A stretch of 64,000 bases of DNA, taken from an uncultured Armatimonadetes bacterium. Lineage in GTDB: Bacteria > Armatimonadota > UBA5829 > DTJY01. A model generated the notes under the pieces. The model was not told the origin of the DNA, did no database searches, and saw only the letters and a program-made list of their open reading frames with translations. Where the stretch lies: contig OY970325.1 of NCBI GenBank assembly GCA_963717145.1, positions 3,552,001-3,616,000 on the forward strand, written 5' to 3'. Positions 60,546-64,000 of this stretch are shown in pieces (positions within the stretch are counted from its first letter, which is position 1; each line of letters starts with the position of its first letter). Made by a program: the position numbers and the translations under genes.

Positions 60546-61489
60546 TTTTCAGGCAGAGTCCCAAGAGCTGCAGAAAGCTCGCAGATATCTGCCATGTATC
60601 GCCGGCAACAGTCTGCAAATGGAAGGCCCGGGGTGACCAGCAAGACCGCAGCAGTCGGCCCAGGAATATCCATTATGCATTCAGCCCCGAAGAGGAGGAG
60701 ATCATCCTCTCGCTCCGGGACAAAGGTCTAGCACTCGATGCACTGGTGCGTGCAGTAGTCACAGTTCTGCCGAATGCAGAACGCGCCAGTATACATCGCT
60801 TACTGAGCAGAAAAGGGGTGAGCAGACTCCCCCAGTACCAAAAAGAAAAGAGAGAAAGTCCAGGCAAGTTCAAAGAGTATCTGCCTGGATACCTTCACAT
60901 AGACTGTTTCTACCTGCCCAAGATCGGGGGCAAGAGGAAGTATTGCTTCGTTGCGGTAGACAGAGCAACAAGGCTAGCCTTCCTCCAGGTGTACGACAAC
61001 CTAACCAAGGAATCCGCAGTGGGCTTCCTTGGACTGTGCATGTGGTTCTATCCGTTCATGATCCACAAGATCCTGACAGACAACGGTAGAGAGTTCACTC
61101 TGGCCAATTGGAGCCGTTGGGGCAGTCCGGCGAAGAGACCTCACTTCTTTGATGAAGTATGCTCAGCCTGTGGTATTGAACACAGGCTCACCCGGCCGTA
61201 TACACCAAAGACCAACGGTCTGGTGGAACGCATGAACGGACTGATCCAGGAGGGCACGTACAAGATGCACAGATATCCTGGATATCCGGAGTTGATAGAT
61301 GGACTCCACCAGTGGCTGACCATCTACAATCTAAGGAGACAGCACAGCGCGATCGGTGGCAAGACACCCTATGAGAAGGTCTGCGACTGGTACGCGCAAA
61401 GACCAGATCTGTTTATCAAAGAGCCTACCGACTTACTGAACTACCGTTCACAACGTGGTGGGACTTGACAATTAACCATCAACCATTCC

Positions 61490-64000
61490 CTAGAATAGCT
61501 TCCCCGGCGGGGGGACGACCGACTTGATGCAGAGGATCGCGACATCGTCCGTCAACCGATCGCCGGCATAGTTGCGGACACTCGTGAACACCGCTTCCGA
61601 CAGATTCCGGCTGCTCAGCCTGATCTGCCTCTTCACGATCTCGTATACGCCCTCGGTGTTCAGGAGGCCCTGGTCCCCTCGGGCTTCGGTCGCGCCGTCT
61701 GTGTAGAACACCAGGATGTCGCCGTTCTTGAATGCCAGGGTCTGTGATTCGTACTCCGCCTCGGGAACGGCCCCCGCGGCCACACCGGTCGATTCCAGGC
61801 AGATCAGTTTCTCGTCTTCCTCCCTGTAGTGGAAGGGCAGTTCATGCCCCGCGTTGACATAGGTGAACTCGCCCTTGCCGGAATCCAGCAGGCCATAGAC
61901 CAGCGTGATGAAGCGGTTCGTCGGAATGTGAGTATTGAGCGCGCTGTTCAGCTTGGTCACCACCGCCACCGGATCGGGATCATCGTTGGCGTAAGCCTTG
62001 ATCATGTGCTTCGCCATGCCCATGTAGACCGCCGCATCAGGTCCTTTCCCGGCCACATCTCCGATGGCCACGCCATATCGCCCCTCGCCGAGATCGAGCA
62101 CGTCGAAGAAATCCCCCCCGACCGCGGAAACCTCCGGGTCGACGTGGTAGTACGCGTTGATCTCCATGCCGGGGAAGTCACGATCGATCGAGGACATGAT
62201 GCTGTCCTGCAGGCACTTCGCGATGTTCTGCTCGCGCTCGTATTGTTGCGCATTCCGAACGCCCGCCGCGACGAACTTCGACAGCATCTCGAGCAGCCGG
62301 ATATCCGATTCACCCCACGGCTCTCCGTTCGAGCGGAAGACGTTGATCGCGCCAACGTTCCGCCCACGCAGCAGCATCGGCACGGAGAGCAGGTGGTGCA
62401 CACCTTCGTTTTCTCCCATCAATTCGGGGTACTTACAGTGGCAGCAGTTCGGAACGTCGTTGAGCACCCGCAATTGCCCGCTGTCCGCGACCAGAAGAGC
62501 CGCCTGGTCGCACTGATCGACGTGCTCAGCGACGAAATGCTCCCTCGAGGGCCGCTTGTAGCCGAGTATCCTCATCCGACCCGCCTCACGATCGAAGATC
62601 AGGACCGAGCATGTCTCTGCCATGAGTACATTCTTCAACTCGGCGCCGAGGCGGTCCACCAGCGAATCGAGTTGGATCTCGGACGTGATCGCCTCACCGA
62701 TCTTGCTCACCGTTTCAAGCTCGTGAACGCGCGCCTCATACTCAGTGGTCGACTCGTTCATCCGCATCCCCTTCTGGACGCGCTCGACGGCGAGTGCTGT
62801 CTGGGAGGCGAACACATCGAGCAGGTGGAGTCGGTCCTTCTGCTTACGCGAGCCCGGAACCCGCTTGAAGACTGCCATCAGAACGCCGACGACCGATTCC
62901 CCGAACTCCGTAGTCACCAGGAGCGGGACGGCGACGGCCGACCGTCGGGTCCCTACCTCTCCTAGCTTGAGCGAAAGGCTGTCGTTTCCCCCGGCATCAG
63001 CCACGTACTTCGTCTCCCGAGTGCTCACGGCTTCACCGACCGGCCCGTCGCCGGATCGGAACACGAGGCTCTTCTTCGTCTCCTCATCGAAGCCGGTCGA
63101 GGCGGCAACATAGACGAGGTTACGGGTCCGATCGTACGGCATAAGACAGACCGCGTCGAACTTGAAGAACGCCGCGATAATCTCCACGATCTGCTGGTAG
63201 AGCTTGCTCGGGCTCGTCGTGGAGATGATGGCGTCCTGCAGATCGCCGAGTGTTCGCAGTTCGGCCGACTGCCCCTCGATGCATCCCCTGAGCCGCGCGT
63301 GTTCGGCCACAAGGCCCGCGACGGGCGTAATGTAGCTCAGCAGCTTCATCATGTTCGCCAGCCCCGAGAGCATCCCGGTATCAGCGGCGTACTTCCCCGT
63401 ATGCGAGAGCACCGCCGAGAGTTGCGCGAAGACTCCGAAGATCAATCCATAGCTGATCCACGCCAGGAGAGTGCTGTTCCGCTGCACTGCGGGGCGTGAG
63501 TAGGCAAACCATGCAAGGGCAAAGAGGACGACGGATACGAGAGCGGTGTTCCGGGCGGCGTCGCCTCCGGCAAGCAGTTTGTCGACCGAGAACTCACTCA
63601 CGGAGAAGAGCACCACCGCCACCCACAGGACCACGCCCGTCAGGTAGACAACCGCTCGCAGCTTGGTCGTGCGCCTTGGAGTGTGAGTCCGCGCCGCGAG
63701 CGCACCGTAGAGCAGCAACGCAGCGAGGGTCAGCCGCCCCGCATACCAGAGGGCCAGGCCGCTCGCGACACTGGAGGCCGGAAGCAGCGCGCACCATGCA
63801 TCCACCAATCCGGCGGCGAAGAACCCGGCGGCGACGCAGAGGAATATCTTCCGTCCGTGGATCAGGTACTCGGCAATGGCTGCCGCGAAGACTGTCAGCG
63901 CGATCAGTGCCGCGAACCCGCCTGTGGCCTGTGCGGATGTGGCCATCCCGAAGTGCTCAGGCTTCGATGCATTTCCGGCCGCCGCGATCAGAAGCAGTAC
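61490..64000 (-). CDS. Membrane-bound GAF-GAF-PP2C (SpoIIE/RsbU-like) serine phosphatase, 5' end beyond window
   Basis: Multi-TM N-terminus, two GAF domains, VGGDFFD, IGDVAGKG, YTDGATEA and DDVAIL; frame stays open to 64000. Confidence 0.92.
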   Translation of the reverse strand, partial: VLLLIAAAGNASKPEHFGMATSAQATGGFAALIALTVFAAAIAEYLIHGRKIFLCVAAGFFAAGLVDAWCALLPASSVASGLALWYAGRLTLAALLLYGALAARTHTPRRTTKLRAVVYLTGVVLWVAVVLFSVSEFSVDKLLAGGDAARNTALVSVVLFALAWFAYSRPAVQRNSTLLAWISYGLIFGVFAQLSAVLSHTGKYAADTGMLSGLANMMKLLSYITPVAGLVAEHARLRGCIEGQSAELRTLGDLQDAIISTTSPSKLYQQIVEIIAAFFKFDAVCLMPYDRTRNLVYVAASTGFDEETKKSLVFRSGDGPVGEAVSTRETKYVADAGGNDSLSLKLGEVGTRRSAVAVPLLVTTEFGESVVGVLMAVFKRVPGSRKQKDRLHLLDVFASQTALAVERVQKGMRMNESTTEYEARVHELETVSKIGEAITSEIQLDSLVDRLGAELKNVLMAETCSVLIFDREAGRMRILGYKRPSREHFVAEHVDQCDQAALLVADSGQLRVLNDVPNCCHCKYPELMGENEGVHHLLSVPMLLRGRNVGAINVFRSNGEPWGESDIRLLEMLSKFVAAGVRNAQQYEREQNIAKCLQDSIMSSIDRDFPGMEINAYYHVDPEVSAVGGDFFDVLDLGEGRYGVAIGDVAGKGPDAAVYMGMAKHMIKAYANDDPDPVAVVTKLNSALNTHIPTNRFITLVYGLLDSGKGEFTYVNAGHELPFHYREEDEKLICLESTGVAAGAVPEAEYESQTLAFKNGDILVFYTDGATEARGDQGLLNTEGVYEIVKRQIRLSSRNLSEAVFTSVRNYAGDRLTDDVAILCIKSVVPPPGKLF

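Larger units (their letters stand above)
58957..61470 (+). mobile_element. IS481-family element, second copy, transposase interrupted by ISKra4-like element
   Basis: Same ends as 44215-45286; 2514 bp = 1072 + 1433 + 9. Confidence 0.93.

Noticed and set aside
34041-61490. Short tandem arrays as CRISPR
   Set aside because: Units are 6-8 bp contiguous repeats in inverted arms, with no unique spacers and no cas genes

Overview
GC-rich bacterial chromosomal window. An Armatimonadota-like host is inferred from a characteristic C-terminal domain in a secreted protein, a PEP-CTERM protein and Firmicutes-type LexA boxes. 0.9-24.4 kb holds a complete nuoA-N operon (minus strand, fused nuoCD, many single-base frameshifts in nuoCD-K), a divergent tkt-rpiB-tal-gnd-zwf-opcA operon and a sialate O-acetylesterase-like gene. 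This block is bracketed by a selenocysteine-type bcp peroxiredoxin gene (missed by the ORF track) and a diverged copy of its 3' end. 25-40 kb holds housekeeping and catabolic genes, RNase P RNA (with a REP-like palindrome in P12), a LexA-boxed DUF1998 helicase carrying in-frame palindromic repeat insertions, and a putative sigma54-driven small RNA. 40.5-47.8 kb is a Mu-like head + neck + lysis operon with no tail, terminase or integrase gene in view; it lies behind a perfect LexA box and is studded with host repeats. 44-61.5 kb is an IS hotspot (2x IS481, IS3, IS1182::IS66, 2x ISKra4-like) around a PEP-CTERM gene, an ECF sigma/anti-sigma locus and a four-helix-bundle gene. That gene sits in the loop of an inverted (ATGGTTG)n/(CAACCAT)n heptamer palindrome, a repeat found without a gene at six other sites; both IS481 copies are inserted in heptamer arms. 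The window ends inside a membrane GAF-GAF-PP2C phosphatase gene.
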